From positions 36,580,001 through 36,644,000 of the forward strand of contig OX597816.1 of assembly GCA_951406725.2 (NCBI GenBank): 64,000 bases of DNA, given 5' to 3'. The notes under the pieces are model-generated. The model did no database searches. It saw nothing but the letters and a program-made list of their open reading frames with translations, and was not told the DNA's origin. The DNA comes from Octopus vulgaris (lineage: Eukaryota). Positions 11,463 to 25,046 of the stretch are shown piece after piece. Numbering within the stretch: the stretch's first letter is position 1; the number at the start of each line of letters is the position of its first letter. Both the position numbers and the translations under genes were made by a program.

Positions 11463-13957
11463 ATACCTAGTGAAACTACTAATATTGAAGTATTAAAAGT
11501 GAAATATAAGTGTATTAAGTCTATAAAATTGTGCATAAAGTATATAAAAAGTAGATGTAAACTGCATTAAGTATTCCAATTTCATTCACTGTTCAATGAG
11601 TAACAGATGATCGACTATTTTCCATACTGACAGAACAAACGCTATGCTTTCAGATTATTTGCATAAAGTTTTCAGAAATAACCCAATAGGTTTACCATTA
11701 ATTTCGTGAAATAGTCACGGCTCCCTCTAGTATATATAAATGTGTGTGTGTGTGTGTGTGAATATAGATTCCTTCTGTTTGTTCTTCAACTTTGCATTAG
11801 AAAGTATTCACTGCTACATAAATTCTGATGTATCCTTGCCATTGTTTCTACACACAACAATCCTAGCCAGCTTCAACTAGACTGATACAACAATTTTGAC
11901 TTGCATGCCTTAACTATTTGCCAACCGATTCATTATATATATGTTTCCTCCTTTGCTTATACTACACTTATATTTTTGGTTCCTATAGACTATCTATATG
12001 CATACTGCATACATATATTTACAGTACAGATTGCACATTATCTCCTAATTATCCCTATAATATGTTAGTTCGCAATAGTTCAATATGCCTCACGCGAACC
12101 TGAACCACTCTACTAACGCTCTTCCCTTGCACACGTTCCCAACTTTTCAAGCTGAATAATGAAAGCATCAATTTTTGAAAATCCATTTATAGTTCATTTT
12201 AATTTTACTCAAATAACAAATAACCTTTATTGCGGAAGTGAATGCTCTATTAGGACTTGTTTATCAGAGATACGCTATTTCTGGCCATATCCTGCAGACA
12301 GAGACAGTTGAAAGAACACTGAGTTTTCGAAACATTCCCTCATTTTGTTTTTAATATCAACATATCCAAGACTTTCGAACAATGTCATTGTTTAACAATT
12401 AATGGATCGAAATATGCATCTATGTATCATACTTACTTTAGAGATCTGTATGCATACAGCGGTGGTAAGTCAGTTGCAGTAATTCCTTTGTGCTTGCATT
12501 TCGTTACCGATGTTTCTGCAACTGAGTATTGAGTAGACGGAGAATGAGTAAATGTTTCTATGACAATCCACTACCCGCTATCTTGTGTAGACGCAATGCG
12601 GATATTGTAACCGGCTGGAAATAAGCTCTAATGAGCATAGAAAAAAGGGCGAATAGAATGGATTTCTATCAAGGTCTTAAAACCAGAAATCTGTGCCGCA
12701 CACAACCCTGAATTATGTTTCTCTTTGAATGAATTAATACATTGTCGTAAAGGGGAGTCTTACTTGTATAAACAGCAACAAGGTACTAGTCCAATATACG
12801 TAAACTGAAAGAAGCTCACAGTAGGGTGTCTGATCTTGAAACTTTTAATTGTAGACAATGTCAAATATGTTGATGTGTGAAATGAAAAATAAAACGTTTG
12901 CTAATCATCTCGAGTGGGACATACAATTTATTTGTGGATAACAGAGAAGAGAAGATCCTCGAATTATTTGCGTTTGGAAATAAGTAATCGCAGCTGAAGA
13001 TAGAGAGACACTCAAGAATTAATGTAAATCCATTTTTATATTAACGTGAGATTAGGAATATAGATCAATATATATCAGGTTTAGAGAGTTTGTCTCAGTT
13101 TAGAGTGGTAGAAATAACTGACTTGAAGTAATATCGTGCATACATGTATACAATCAATGTACCATACGTTGTCGAACAAATTTAAAATTACTGTTGTTCA
13201 GATATCTCGGAAAAGAGTGAATGTATCATTCTACCATGTGAATTATCCAAAAGCGCACCTCTTAAGAAATTGTAGAGAGTATGAAATTGATGACCTACAT
13301 GTTTTAATGCATCAAAATCCTTGCGGAATTTCATGATATATGCATCTATAATACTAAATTATTTTAAAACGTAACACTTCAATTACCTTGAATTGTGTTG
13401 AAAGATTTTCAGGTAAAGTGAAAGGGTGCTTATTATACAATCTTTTAGAAGTCAAGAAGCTAGTTTCATACCCTGTACATACATATAGATAGATTGGTAG
13501 ATAAGTAGGTAGGCAGGTAGGTAGGTAGCGAACTAGCTAGCGAAGCAGGTAGTTAGGTAAGTAGATATTTAGATAGATAAGACAGACAAACGGACGGGTG
13601 GTTGGATGGATGGATGGATGGATGGGTAGATGGGTGGATGGATTGATACATTTCCAAAGTGATTTATTTGACTTAATTTCCGAAGAAGCCATGTAATAAA
13701 TTAGTACATCTTGAAAAATTCAAGCTGTGTCTTAAAAGCGGCTGCATTTAAAATCGATATCAGAACAGCAAGGTTTTAATTCTGTGTCAAGTAACACTTC
13801 TAATAAATCAATTAGCCTAGTCAAGTTTTACTCAAGATAATTTCTCTGTTTTTCACTTGTATACATCGTGAAACTCGCATTGTATTGATAGGATTACATT
13901 CAGAATTCACGTAAACAATACATGGCCTGTGACCATAAGAGAAAGTCTATATGAGAG

Positions 13958-14412
13958 AAGGCGGCGAGCTGGCAGAAACGTTACCACGCCGGGCGAAATG
14001 CGTAGCCGTATTTCGTTTGCTGTTACGTTCTGAGTTCAAATTCCGCCGAGGTCGACTATACCTTTCATTGTTTCGGGGTAGATAAATTAAGTACCAGTTA
14101 CGCACTGGGGTCGATATAATCGACTTAATCCGTCTGTCTATCCTTGTTTGTCCGCTCTGTGTTTAGCCCCTTGTGGGTAGTAAAGAAATAAAAATAGAAA
14201 CGTTAGCACACCGGACGAAATGCGTTGCGGTATTTCGTCTGTCGTTACGTTCTGCGTTCAAATTCCGACGAGGTCGACTTTGCCTTTCATCCTTTCGGGG
14301 TCGATAAATTAAGTACCAGTTACGCACTGGGGTCGATGTAATCAGCTATATCCCTTTGTATGTCCTTGTTTGTCCCCTCTATGTTTATCCCCTTGTGGGC
14401 AATAAAGAAATA
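13958..14412 (+). mobile_element. Dimeric SINE with target-site duplication
   Basis: Two head-to-tail units; flanks agaaagtctatatgagaga / agaaagtccgtatgagaga. Confidence 0.92.
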
Positions 14413-14704
14413 AGAAAGTCCGTATGAGAGATCACATACGGTGTTACTAAAATGAATTGTCCTAATGAGTAAAGAATCTAAAGCTGATATTGTTCCATTG
14501 AACCATTAACCGTTTCTGATAGTCTAGATAACGTTTCTCCCTTCGTCGATGTTGATGCGGAGGGGGATGGTGAGCATTACTAATTGCAGCATTCACGTGG
14601 AGTTCTCTATGAACAGTTAATACGGGGTTGGTTAAGGTGGTGGTTGAACTCTGCCGATACTCCTGCTGTTGGAGTTCGATGGGTTTTTTTATCTTTTATC
14701 TTTT

Positions 14705-14999
14705 ACTAGCAGTATCGCCCGGCGTTGCTCGGGTTTGTAAGGGAAATAACTATATAAGCATTTTTAGAGAGTTATAGCCAAAAATAGCGAAAAAATGCAT
14801 TAAAATGGAAAAAAATTATGGTAATTTTTTTTTGTAATCGTAGACTCATCGTAGACGCGCGCTAATACCCAGAAGGGCTCGATATGAATCACGACTATAA
14901 GATACCCGGTTTTGGTTAAACTGCACCGCAAAATGTGGGAGTAGTTAGAATTTAAATCGTAGGAGACAGACACACAACCTCTCTTTTATATATAAAGAT
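14705..14999 (-). mobile_element. Non-autonomous Helitron-like element
   Basis: actagcagtatcgcccggcgttgctcggg (CTAG plus hairpin) at one end; gacagacacac...tatatataaagat at the other. Confidence 0.75.
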
Positions 15000-15112
15000 T
15001 TGTTTCAATCATTTGACTGCGGTCATGCTAGGCCATCGCCTTGAAAAAATAATTCAGTGGAACGAATCAACCCTGCATGTATTTTTTTAAAAGTTTGGTA
15101 CTTATTCAATCG
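15000..15112 (-). mobile_element. 3' fragment of the SINE family seen at 59775
   Basis: tgtttcaatcatttgactgcggtcatgcta...cttattc matches 59780-59880. Confidence 0.65.
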
Positions 15113-15289
15113 CATAATACCAATTATTATTCAGTGGAGTTTTGCATTCTTTCCAGAATTGTGATTGCCAGAGCAAGTTTCACCTAGGTTTTGGTATGCC
15201 AGCTTGATTTACGTGAAGCTTCCTCTGAAAACATTCAATAATTCAGTCCTTACTGTGGTTGAAACTCTAGGCAAATACTCACCACCCAC

Positions 15290-15496
15290 TTGTTCTCCGT
15301 GGAAATCAGATATGTCATGGATTTTCCCTTATATAACTCCAAATTTCCTACCCACAAAAAGACAGGCCAATATCATGGGTACAATACATATATAAAATAT
15401 ATCGGGGAGAGCATTGTCTGGCATGAAATAAACAAAAATTTATATAAGACATTCTATTGTAAAAATTGCCAGGCAACAACGGGCTAATCAGCTAGT
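15290..15496 (+). mobile_element. Helitron-like 3' end
   Basis: gccaggcaacaacgggc followed by gctagt. Confidence 0.5.
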
Positions 15497-15893
15497 ATAC
15501 TGATATGTGGGGAAATACGCATACATACGTATGAGAACATGTTTATCTATGTATCTCTTCCTCCAGAGATATGTGTGTGTAAATACAGAACACACATACA
15601 CTCATACATATATGTATCTATGTATCTATGTATCTATGTATCTATGTATGTATGTATGTATGTATATATGTATGTATGCATATATATATATACTAATATA
15701 TTTATATATACACGAAGGCACGACATGAGCACCTAAAAATAGAAGATAAAAATTCTTCTGCACCACAGTATTATATTTGTGAACATTCTGTGCTACAGAA
15801 GTACTTTTGACCTCTATTTTTAGCGATGTAGGTGCCCATGTGCTGCCTTCGGGTGTATATGTATACATACAAATAAGTAGATATCTTATGTTT

Positions 15894-15895
<2 letters not shown>

Positions 15896-15932
<37 letters not shown>

Positions 15933-16004
15933 TTATATATCTTTTGTTGTGTATCTATATATATATATATACATACACACAGGCACACACACACATACAC
16001 ACAC

Positions 16005-16089
<85 letters not shown>
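15896..16089. repeat. (TA)n/(CA)n compound microsatellite
   Basis: Direct inspection. Confidence 0.95.
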
Positions 16090-16090
<1 letters not shown>

Positions 16091-17339
16091 TCGCGTGTCA
16101 GTTTTAATTGTTCTTTATTGACTGAGAGGGTGCTAGTGTTATTTTCGTTTGTATAGTCATGAAATATGTAACTGCGAAAATCTCGACTGCTTTGCATACA
16201 GAATTGTAAAACAAAAACATACTTATTTTTGACATCCATCATGTCGCCTGTATGATGTATCGTTTACTAAAAATGAATGTTTCCTTCAACGTTTCTACCA
16301 CTCAATAGTAGGTTTCAAAGACACTGATTTTCTTTATTCTATGAGATATAGAATATAACACGGCAGTACGTGATACGTTCGTTTTAATTCAATAATTGAT
16401 TCCTGGTAGGATTTAAATAAAACTTACAACTATGTATTGGGAGAAATAAACGTTACAATGTAATCTCCACTTCAGTTCTAAGATTAAATACGTGAAACGC
16501 ACCTGAATTCTGTTTCGAAGTATGAAAGCGTGATATAGAAATACGTATAATGAATTTCCTTTCAGAGTTGATAGGCAGGTTATTGATAGAGAGAATTAAG
16601 ATATCTAATTTGGAAATCCGTCTTATAATTTAATAAAAGCTTTCTTAAGCAATCATGTAGGAAGGTTCACTGAAGCTAAACAAGATAGTGTATAGCTTAA
16701 CTAACAAACAGAAAGAGAAGTATGCGGACATGATATAAATTAGTTATATATGCAATGCAGATTTACTTTCATAACAATTAATCCCAATATCGACATGGCT
16801 GACATCTTAAGCTGGCAATAACCAGTCGTAAATATTGTAATTTTCTATCAATTTGTTGCCGCTTTCTTTGATAAGTTCGAGGCAAAGCATTGCTCTATAC
16901 TACACTTAAATATCTGCAGTTGAAGCGCGTCTTCAAATGGCAACATTCTGGTAATTCCTTAGATACGTCATTCTTTTCATTGTTCTACATGTTGACTTAG
17001 ACGGATAGTTATTTATATAAGTATATATAACACCTGAGATTCCATATGCGCTACTTTAGGTTTTCGAAGCAGTTTCTCAGTCAGAACTACCTGAATGATT
17101 CCTTTTCCTTACAGAAAGGAGTATGCAAGGAAAAACTGACCAAGTAGAAAATTTTACTCCATCACAGTGAAACATGAAAAATATGTAGCAGACCACAATA
17201 TGAAAATTCGTAGTCACTATTATATATAAGACACTATTATATATTAAATATGCATACATACGTATAACAAAATCATAGGCACACACACACACACACACAA
17301 CACACACAACACACACACAGATACATACATACACACGTT

Positions 17340-17772
17340 AAGGTGGTTTGGTCATATGAAGAGCATGGATTGGAGCGGATGGTAAAGACGATGATGAAAG
17401 CTGAAGTGGTAGGCAGCAGAACGGGAGGCACAGCTCGTTTTGTGTACATGGACAGAGTGAGTAAGGCCTTGGTGGTTAGAAGTGTTGGAGTGAGAGAGGA
17501 AAGACAGTTTATAAATGATAGGAAATCTTGGAGAGTGTTTGTGGATGGATGAGTGAACTCTGATGCTGCTCAAAGGGATACGAAACCAGCATGATGCGGC
17601 GGTGGTAAAAAAAAGTATATGCTCTCGGACCCCGCTGCTGATAATGGGGGTTGAGTTGTATGACCTGACCCGGGCAAAGAACGGGGCTCACCCCTTTGAG
17701 GTAGGAAATAAATGGAATGCCTGATGTGTCTTGTTATGACTACCCCTACTGAAAAAATGGGGAAGAGGCCTG

Positions 17773-17775
<3 letters not shown>
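17340..17775 (+). mobile_element. 3' end of an RTE-type LINE
   Basis: WFGH followed by ERMVKTMMKAEVVGSRTGG.ARFVYMDRVSKAL...DRKSWRVFV, the typical RTE C-terminus, then a 3' UTR ending in (TA)n. Confidence 0.7.
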
Positions 17776-17824
<49 letters not shown>

Positions 17825-17889
17825 TGTATGTATATATATGCATATATGTGTATATATATACATATTATATATATACACACACATATATA

Positions 17890-18212
17890 TATCATCATCA
17901 TCATCATCATCATCGTTTAGCGTCCGTTTTCCATGCTAGCATGGGTTGGACGGTTCAACTGGGGTCTGGGAAGCCAGAATGCTGCACCAGACCCAGTCTG
18001 ATCTGGCAAAGTTACTACGGCTGGATGCCCTTCCTAACGCCAACCACTCCATGAGTGTAGTGGGTGCTTTCTACGTGCCAGACGAGTCTGGCAAACGGCC
18101 ACGATCGGATGGTGCTTTTTATGTGCCACCGGCACAAGGGCCAGGTGAGGCTGGCAACGGCCTCGAACGGATGGTGCGTTTTACGTGCCACCGGCACGAG
18201 GCCAGTCGGGAT
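17890..18212 (-). mobile_element. Interspersed repeat with an RTE-like tail ending in (CAT)n
   Basis: (cat)n-cgtttagcgtccgttttccatgctagcatggg...ggctggatgcccttcctaacgccaacc; internal ~60-bp repeats of tgcttttacgtgccaccggcac. Confidence 0.65.
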
Positions 18213-18289
18213 GCATATACATATATTTATGTATGTATGTATGAATTTATATATATGTGTGTATATGTGTGTGTGTGTATACATATGTC

Positions 18290-18610
18290 GTAATGACCAG
18301 ATAGTTAATGTTCTTCGATTCCAACCATCTTTTACGACTTGTGTCCTATGTCAAAAAGCTTGTAAGACAATATCTGGATTTAAAAGACATATGCTAGTTC
18401 ACAAAGACATTCCTTCAGAATCAGATGCCAAAGAGCAAAGATATAGAAAAATATTGAATAACGTCTGTCTCTTGTGTTTTCAACCCTGACAGTAATCAGG
18501 TGGTCCTAAAAGTCATCTAAGGGCTCATTAACGGAGGAATTATACCGTGAGATAGGGTGTTGTGTGTATATTGATGGGATGGCTGTCATATCTCAAGATG
18601 AAGCAATCAT

Positions 18611-18612
<2 letters not shown>
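18290..18612 (+). mobile_element. RTE LINE 3' end carrying C2H2 zinc-finger remnants
   Basis: CVLCQKACKTISGFKRHMLVH and a disrupted CLLC...KSHLRAH, followed by a short 3' UTR and (TA)n. Confidence 0.55.
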
Positions 18613-18646
<34 letters not shown>

Positions 18647-18690
18647 GTATGTATGTGTGTGTGCATTTATATATATGTATATATATATAT

Positions 18691-18925
18691 TGTATAAATG
18701 ATTGTGGGTAAGGCCAAAACAATACGAAGTAAATGCAAGGTAAATCACAAGAAAACAAATATGTGAATCATACAACTTACGTTGTATTTAATTTCTTGAA
18801 AATGGGTTCGTAACCCCGAAATATCGAATACAAAGTAAGTCTACATTAATTCACATATTTGTTTTCTTGTGATTTACCTTGCATTTACTTCGCATTGTTT
18901 TGGCCTTACCCACGATTGTTATATA
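18691..18925 (+). mobile_element. Mini PLE pseudo-LTR remnant with inverted tail and a hammerhead
   Basis: About 65-bp inverted arms 18704-18768 / 18849-18913 around an HHR-like core; both ends in (TA)n. Confidence 0.65.
18775..18840 (+). ncRNA. Minimal type I hammerhead, U3-A8 variant
   Basis: ttc-TTGAAAA-tgggttcgtaacccc-GAAA-ta-TC-gaa; distal stem acttac..ttgtatt / aatacaa..gtaagt. Confidence 0.55.
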
Positions 18926-19009
18926 ATATATATATATATATATGTGTGTGTGTGTATGTGTGTGTATCTATGTATGCATATCTATATCTATATATGTATG
19001 CATATATAG

Positions 19010-19620
19010 TTATGTTCATATGCGTTTCACCGAGTACAAAAGTTGGCGTAATTGGGAAATTGCCACTTCATTGAACATGATTCACACATTTGCAAAAGTC
19101 GAAATGCATTAAATACATTCGCATAGGACATGTCTACGGTCTAGAGTTACTTGAAAGATACGTATTGCTAGAATTGCTACAATTCCTGTTAATTTGTGGA
19201 GAAACGTTGTCTATTCGATTGTAAAAATTCCAATACCTCGCTGGCACTTATGTTATCGACATTGTAAGAAGAATTGACCTTGCTGGGATTCGATGTCAGA
19301 ACTTAAAGATATGCATACCAACCGATTTTGTCGCTCCAATAATCATAGTTATAATCACTTGCTTTTGAACGCCTTTGGGATAACTATTGTCATGAACTCA
19401 ATTGTGAGCGGTGTATCTTCGACACTATCCCGGAAACGGAAGAGCATTAGCTTCCACGAGACAAAATTTATCTCCTCCGAATTACTTTGTTTTAATTGCC
19501 GCAAAACATTTATCGAATTAGACCTACGTCTACCGTCACCAGACAATGGCACTGTATTTATACAGCAATTTAACGATAGGCGATAATCGAAATGCGTACA
19601 ATTTCAATTTAGATATGATT
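19010..19620 (+). pseudogene. Possible decayed Helitron Rep-helicase fragment
   Basis: Broken frames RIARIATIPVN.CGETLSIRL, ERLWDNYCHELNCE and LLCFNCRKTFIELDLRLPSP resemble the RepHel linker region. Confidence 0.3.
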
Positions 19621-20059
19621 GATACAATTGATACGGGGGCCCCGCATCTACTTATTGAATTAACAAAGTGGAATTCCAAAGACAACACATTATTAGAGTG
19701 GAGAGCGATGCAGTTTCAATCACTAAAATTGATCAACTGTTTAATTTTGAAGAGATGTATTGTCTTACATTTTATTGGATTCCCAAAACCGATGTCAAAA
19801 CCACATTATTCTGGCACACATTATTCTAGAGGAAACGCAAAGCCCACATTGACAGATGGCAAATTAATGAATCGTATTGTGCCTACAAATCATCGAACTT
19901 ACTCCCCCTGATTTTAGGCCATTAGCAGCTAAATATTCTCCAATCACATCGTATCGCCTTAAAATCAAGAATGATATAATGGTCAATGTAATCCCAGATA
20001 TACAAAAATGTATTGTATTTTTGGTAAGAAACCTAAGAAAAAAATCTTTACATGAAAGA

Positions 20060-23000
20060 GATATTGGCGTCCGTGGTTCGCTTTCAACAGCAAGAGCAGC
20101 AACAACAGCTGCTACAGCAGCAGCAACAGCAACCACAATAGCAACAACAACACAACCAACACTCACTGGAATTAATGTTGAAGGAGTCTGAAAATACTTC
20201 AGGTTCCTACTCGCCAGGCAGCGTAGCAAATTCCATAGAATTCAGCTAATATCCAGAAGTGATTACATTCACCACATATTTTCGACGATACCAAGAAATC
20301 TTCGAAAAAGGGGTTAAAAGTTTGTCCAACGAGAGAAAAGTACGACTACTTTTAGAAAGTTATCTCCTGCCGAACGCGAAAAGTACAGTAACTATATTCT
20401 GCCGAAGGAATTGGGTGAAATTTCTTTAGATGAAACAATTTTTTATCGAAAATTTTCAGTGAAAGTATCTCCTTGTTTAATGTTTAAATCTGGTCAAAAA
20501 ATGATGATGAATATTTTGTCACATACGCCGGAGTGGTTAACAAAGAACCTATGATACTCAAATGAGTTGACGTTTTCAAGTGTTTAATTTTTGTTCAAGG
20601 GTTTGCTGTAAGCAAAGATACAGATATACGTTCCCGGATATTAGCAAAATTAAAACAGGACCAAAATTTAACTCTGCAGGCAGTAGCAGAAGTTTGTCAG
20701 AGGATTATAATTCCATGACGCAGATAAACTTGAAGAGAAAGATTGCTCTCCTGTTCAAGCGTGTCGACCGGTAACGAACAAATATATAGAGAAAAATGCC
20801 AGGACCGAATTCATATTATGGGCGCGGTCGTCTACATTTTAAAAATAAATGTCCGTTTAAAAATATGAAATGCTTGAAGTGTGGTAAAATAGGCCATAAA
20901 AAGGTGCATAATAGGACATCCTAAAGTGCGGTTCAGTAGAAACGATCAAGTAAAGGGGTTATCGGTGACAAAAATATGAATGAGTCTGAAAGGAAATTTG
21001 TGATGTAGATGTTAATAACACAAACGTAAAATGACATTTGAATACATGAAGTGACATCTCGATAATTAGCAGAGATATATGGATAGAAATCTAGAGATCT
21101 AAATTATAAGAAACTTCGAAAATTGCCGGTGCTGTTGCAGGAAAAAATATTATATTTTAAGGATGAATTGATAAGACACATTACATTTCGAGGAAAAAAC
21201 CTTAAAAGCCAAAGTTTTTCTGTTGAACGATACGACAAATTCATTCGGAACACACTGGATGGAATTATCTAACTTATGAGACCTCTCCATGAACATGAAT
21301 CTTTTCTGAAAAATGTGAATGGCTTTTTCGACAGTACAAATAATTCGTAAGACGAATTGAAACAATTTTTGCAAAATTTTTCCTGGTAAGTTATGTTTGT
21401 GCACCAAAACGAAGGAGAAGTTTCAAATAAAAGAAAACGTAATACCGACATTTAAACAAAAACGAAATGTACCGTTCACAGCGTTAGAACAGATAAACTT
21501 AGCGTTAGAGATGAGAAAAAATGGAATATAGTCGATGGGCAGCACCACCTGTGTACGTTAAGAAAAAGAATAATATAATTAGACTGTGTGGAGATTTTTC
21601 CACTGGTTGAAACGAATGTCTTCAAACGTGCCACTATCCGCCAACTACTACAGACTATATCGTCGCAAAATTAATCAGCGGCAATATTTTTTTCTAAATT
21701 AAGGCGGTGAGCTGGGAGAAACGTTAGCACGCCGGGCGAAAAGTTTAGCGGTATTTCGTGTCTTTACGTTGTAAGTTCAAATTCCGTCGAGGTCGACTTT
21801 GTCTTTCATCCTTTCGGGGTCGATAAATCAAGTACCATTTGCGTACTGAGGTCAGTCTGATCGACTGGCCACCTCCCCCAAAATTTCGGGCCTTGTGCCT
21901 AGAGTAGTTAGAATATATTTTCTAAGTTGGATCTCTTTGACGGGTACCTACAAATTAGAGGATGAATGCTTTATATACCTAACGGTGTACACACATAAAG
22001 AAATGTATAAATACAACTGGTTACCATTTCGCTTAAAAGGCGCACCAGCTATTTTTCAACAGATTATGGATGCAATGTTAGCGGACAGTGAATTCGCAAT
22101 TCCATATCTGGATGAAATACTCATTAAAAGCGAATCCAGTGTCCAACACGTAGAGCACGTAAAATATGTGTCCGATAATATTAGCGATTGCGGCTTTACT
22201 TTGTGTGAAGAAAGGTGTAAATTTTTCTCACTGAAAATAAGATATTTAGGACAATTCATTGACAGAAATGGACGTCGACCAGATCTGTCGAGGGCAAACT
22301 CAATTAAAAATTTGCCCCCTGCGACAAATACTGCAACGGTACAAACTTTTGTGGGGCTGGCAAATTACAAGCAAAATTATATTCCACATATGCATAAGTT
22401 GGTGGTTCCACTGAATAATCTGTTGAAAAGAATGTGAGCTGGAACTGGTCGGAAAATGATCAAAAGGCGTTTGACGAAATTAAGAAAAATATTAACATCA
22501 GATATAGGGTATAGGATCAGTATTTCTACATAAATATAGAGATGGTAATATGACGGCGTTGCTTCATGCCTCACGTTCTATGATATCTGCAGAAAAAAAG
22601 TTACAGCCAATCGAAAAGAGGCTCTAACGATTATTTTTGTCATAAAAAATTTAATTCACAAAGTTTTACACGGTAAAAAAATTACAGGGTTTTCGACTAC
22701 ATCGTCTGTTATTATTGAGATATGTTTCGAAGAAAGGAATCCTACACATACAACTAATAGGGTACGACTTTATTAAACAATGATTTTAAGATGGAGTGTA
22801 TAGCACCCACGAAATTAGGTCACGTTGATTGTTTATCAAGACTGATTTTTAAAAATGTTGAACCAGTTGAAGATGCCGTGATTGCTGCTTTGCGAGCAGA
22901 AAATAAAATTACAAATGTTTTGTGTAACATAATACCTGAACTGCCAGTTCTTTTACAAGACATAAATAAAAATCGGCGAACGGTAATTCATTAAAAAACT

Positions 23001-23320
23001 GAAAGAAATCCTGAAGGCTAAAACGTTTTTAAATTATGCGCGATACAAATGCGAATTAATTTCTCAATGTGTCACAACTTGATGATGTGCGTACAAAGAC
23101 TCGTAGTACCAGTCACACTACAAAAGCGATTAGTAAAGGAATTTAACATTGGTCACCCAGAGATTTCGAGAATGAAATCGTTAATGAGAAGTTATATATA
23201 TTGGTTAACAACGGACCGTGGCATTGAAGGATAGTATGCAGAAGGTGTGTATGCAGTGAAAGTATGCAGAGGGTGTGCCTAAGCTTCAAAAGCACCTACA
23301 ATTAAATGGAAGTCCCTGTG
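20060..23320 (+). mobile_element. Decayed Ty3/gypsy LTR-retrotransposon internal region (gag-PR-RT-RH-IN zinc finger)
   Basis: Poly-Q gag with RRYQEIF and EKYSNYILPK; knuckle CLKCGKIGHK; protease-like SDISII; RT WAAP...RLCGDFSTGLN and LPFRLKGAPAIFQQIMD...PYLDEILI; integrase GHPEISRMKSLMRSYIYW; many stops and frameshifts; no LTR identified. Confidence 0.9.
21701..21913 (+). mobile_element. SINE inserted into the gypsy RT
   Basis: Consensus SINE flanked by atatttttttctaaatt / atatattttctaagtt. Confidence 0.9.
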
Positions 23321-24238
23321 AGTAAGCAATCCACGGTGAGCCGTTGATTGAGAGCGTTGAGTCTCGTGTAATATTGATCATATTTTGACGTGTAAATACT
23401 TTCTTCCCCCATTGCTTCGTTAAACTATTTATCCAACCCCAGGATATATAACAGGGTTATATTTGATAGAGCACATAACCTTGATATCAAATAAAACATT
23501 GACTTAGTATATTTTGACTGTTCCACACTTTCATCCTCTTCATTTACCAATTAACGTTGTTATAGACTTGTGAATAGGTGCAATGTGTTTTACGTCTCAT
23601 CTTGACTGAAGTAAAATGTTATTTTAATTAAAACATTGAGACATGTAGCTCATTTACTCCCTGTTCTAACACCTGTTATATTGTCATTTAGTTGATAGTG
23701 GCATTCATTTCGCGCTTATTGTTATTGCTGCAGTTAAAGTATCAGTATCAGAATTTATTGGAATTGCAACTGTCCATTGTGCTTTTTGACTGTGTATTGT
23801 TGATGATGTTTTTACTATTGTTAGTGACATCGTTGTTAATATACAATTGAACGTTATCTTTCATAATGACCGTCTGCTACCATTCTCATTAAATCAGTTT
23901 CTTTATACCATCCATTTGTCATTGTGAGCGGGGTCGATCCCACATTTCTCTCTTAATTGTCTAAAACTCTATGTTGAAATATAGCTTTCAAAATTTTACT
24001 TTGAGCATTTTCTATTTTATTGCTTTACCTCATTACAATACTTACAATAAAATGATAATACGCTGTGTCGATCTTTTCAAATTTAAATACATAAAGGGAA
24101 AATGACCAGAGAAAATTGTTTGCCAATATTCAAAATTAATTTGGTCGACACTCGTATCGACGCACCGACAAGTCTTCTTTTATTCTCACTCTGCTACTAG
24201 TTAAGATGCTAGATATAAAGAAGATACTAGTATTTACA

Positions 24239-25046
24239 ACTAGCAGCATATCCCGGCGTTGCCCGGGTATGTAAGAGCCCCTAGTAGGCAACGACTAATC
24301 CCAATCTAGTCCTTTCCCTCTAGGGAACGAAGGCGCATGTGTAGGTTGCAATTTCTTCTCTTCACTCCCAAATAACTACCAAACAGCTATCGATAATTCA
24401 ACCCAACCAATTCCTAACAGGAAGAAAGTACATTCGAGACTTTACCCCCAACACCGCCACTTCTGCTAATAGCTGCTGCAGCCTCAAGTTATTCGAATCC
24501 ATTTTTGTTTACACTTTCTTTATAACTACCATCCCAAACGTTTTACCTTAAGTTTTTGATGTACCCTAAGGGTCCTCGGACGCTACTTGCAAACTCTTGG
24601 TTTATTATCGACCGCTTTTGTCGTGTGCACCAAAAAACCTTTTTCATTCGTTTGTTCAGTTTGGTCACTTTTGACTTTTTCGTTGTTGTCACTCACATTG
24701 CTGCCCGCTTTTTTGCCGTTTTTGTACATTTTTATACATTTTGGGATACTTACCCGACGTGTTCCGAGAGTTAAAAAGGTCGAGTTGCGTCCCCTAGACG
24801 GTCTGTAGAATATGTGTTGCATATAAAAAGCTTAGATTCTCGACCCATGTCGAATTTATCGATTTTTTTTCAGAACTGGGGGAACTTTTCAAAATTTTCG
24901 CTGCGTTAGTTTTGAATTATGACATTGGGTTATGTGTGTGTCAAGTTTCATCAGAATCGGTTGAAAGCCATGGTCAGGGTGAGGGTACAACCTGACAGAC
25001 ACACAGACACACAGACAGACAAACTGCCGTTTATATATAGAGAGAT
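24239..25046 (-). mobile_element. Non-autonomous Helitron-like element
   Basis: actagcagcatatcccggcgttgcccggg ... aagtttcatcagaatcgg ... (gaca)n ... tatatatagagagat. Confidence 0.8.

Noticed and set aside
13958-14050. tRNA genes at SINE heads
   Set aside because: These are A/B-box-like heads continuous with SINE bodies; no complete cloverleaf.
18064-18489. C2H2 zinc-finger ORF as a host ZNF gene exon
   Set aside because: The second finger is disrupted, the upstream part is repeat and microsatellite, and the context fits a LINE 3' end.
20085-20160. (CAG/CAA) poly-Q tract as a host gene
   Set aside because: It lies at the N-terminus of the decayed gypsy gag.
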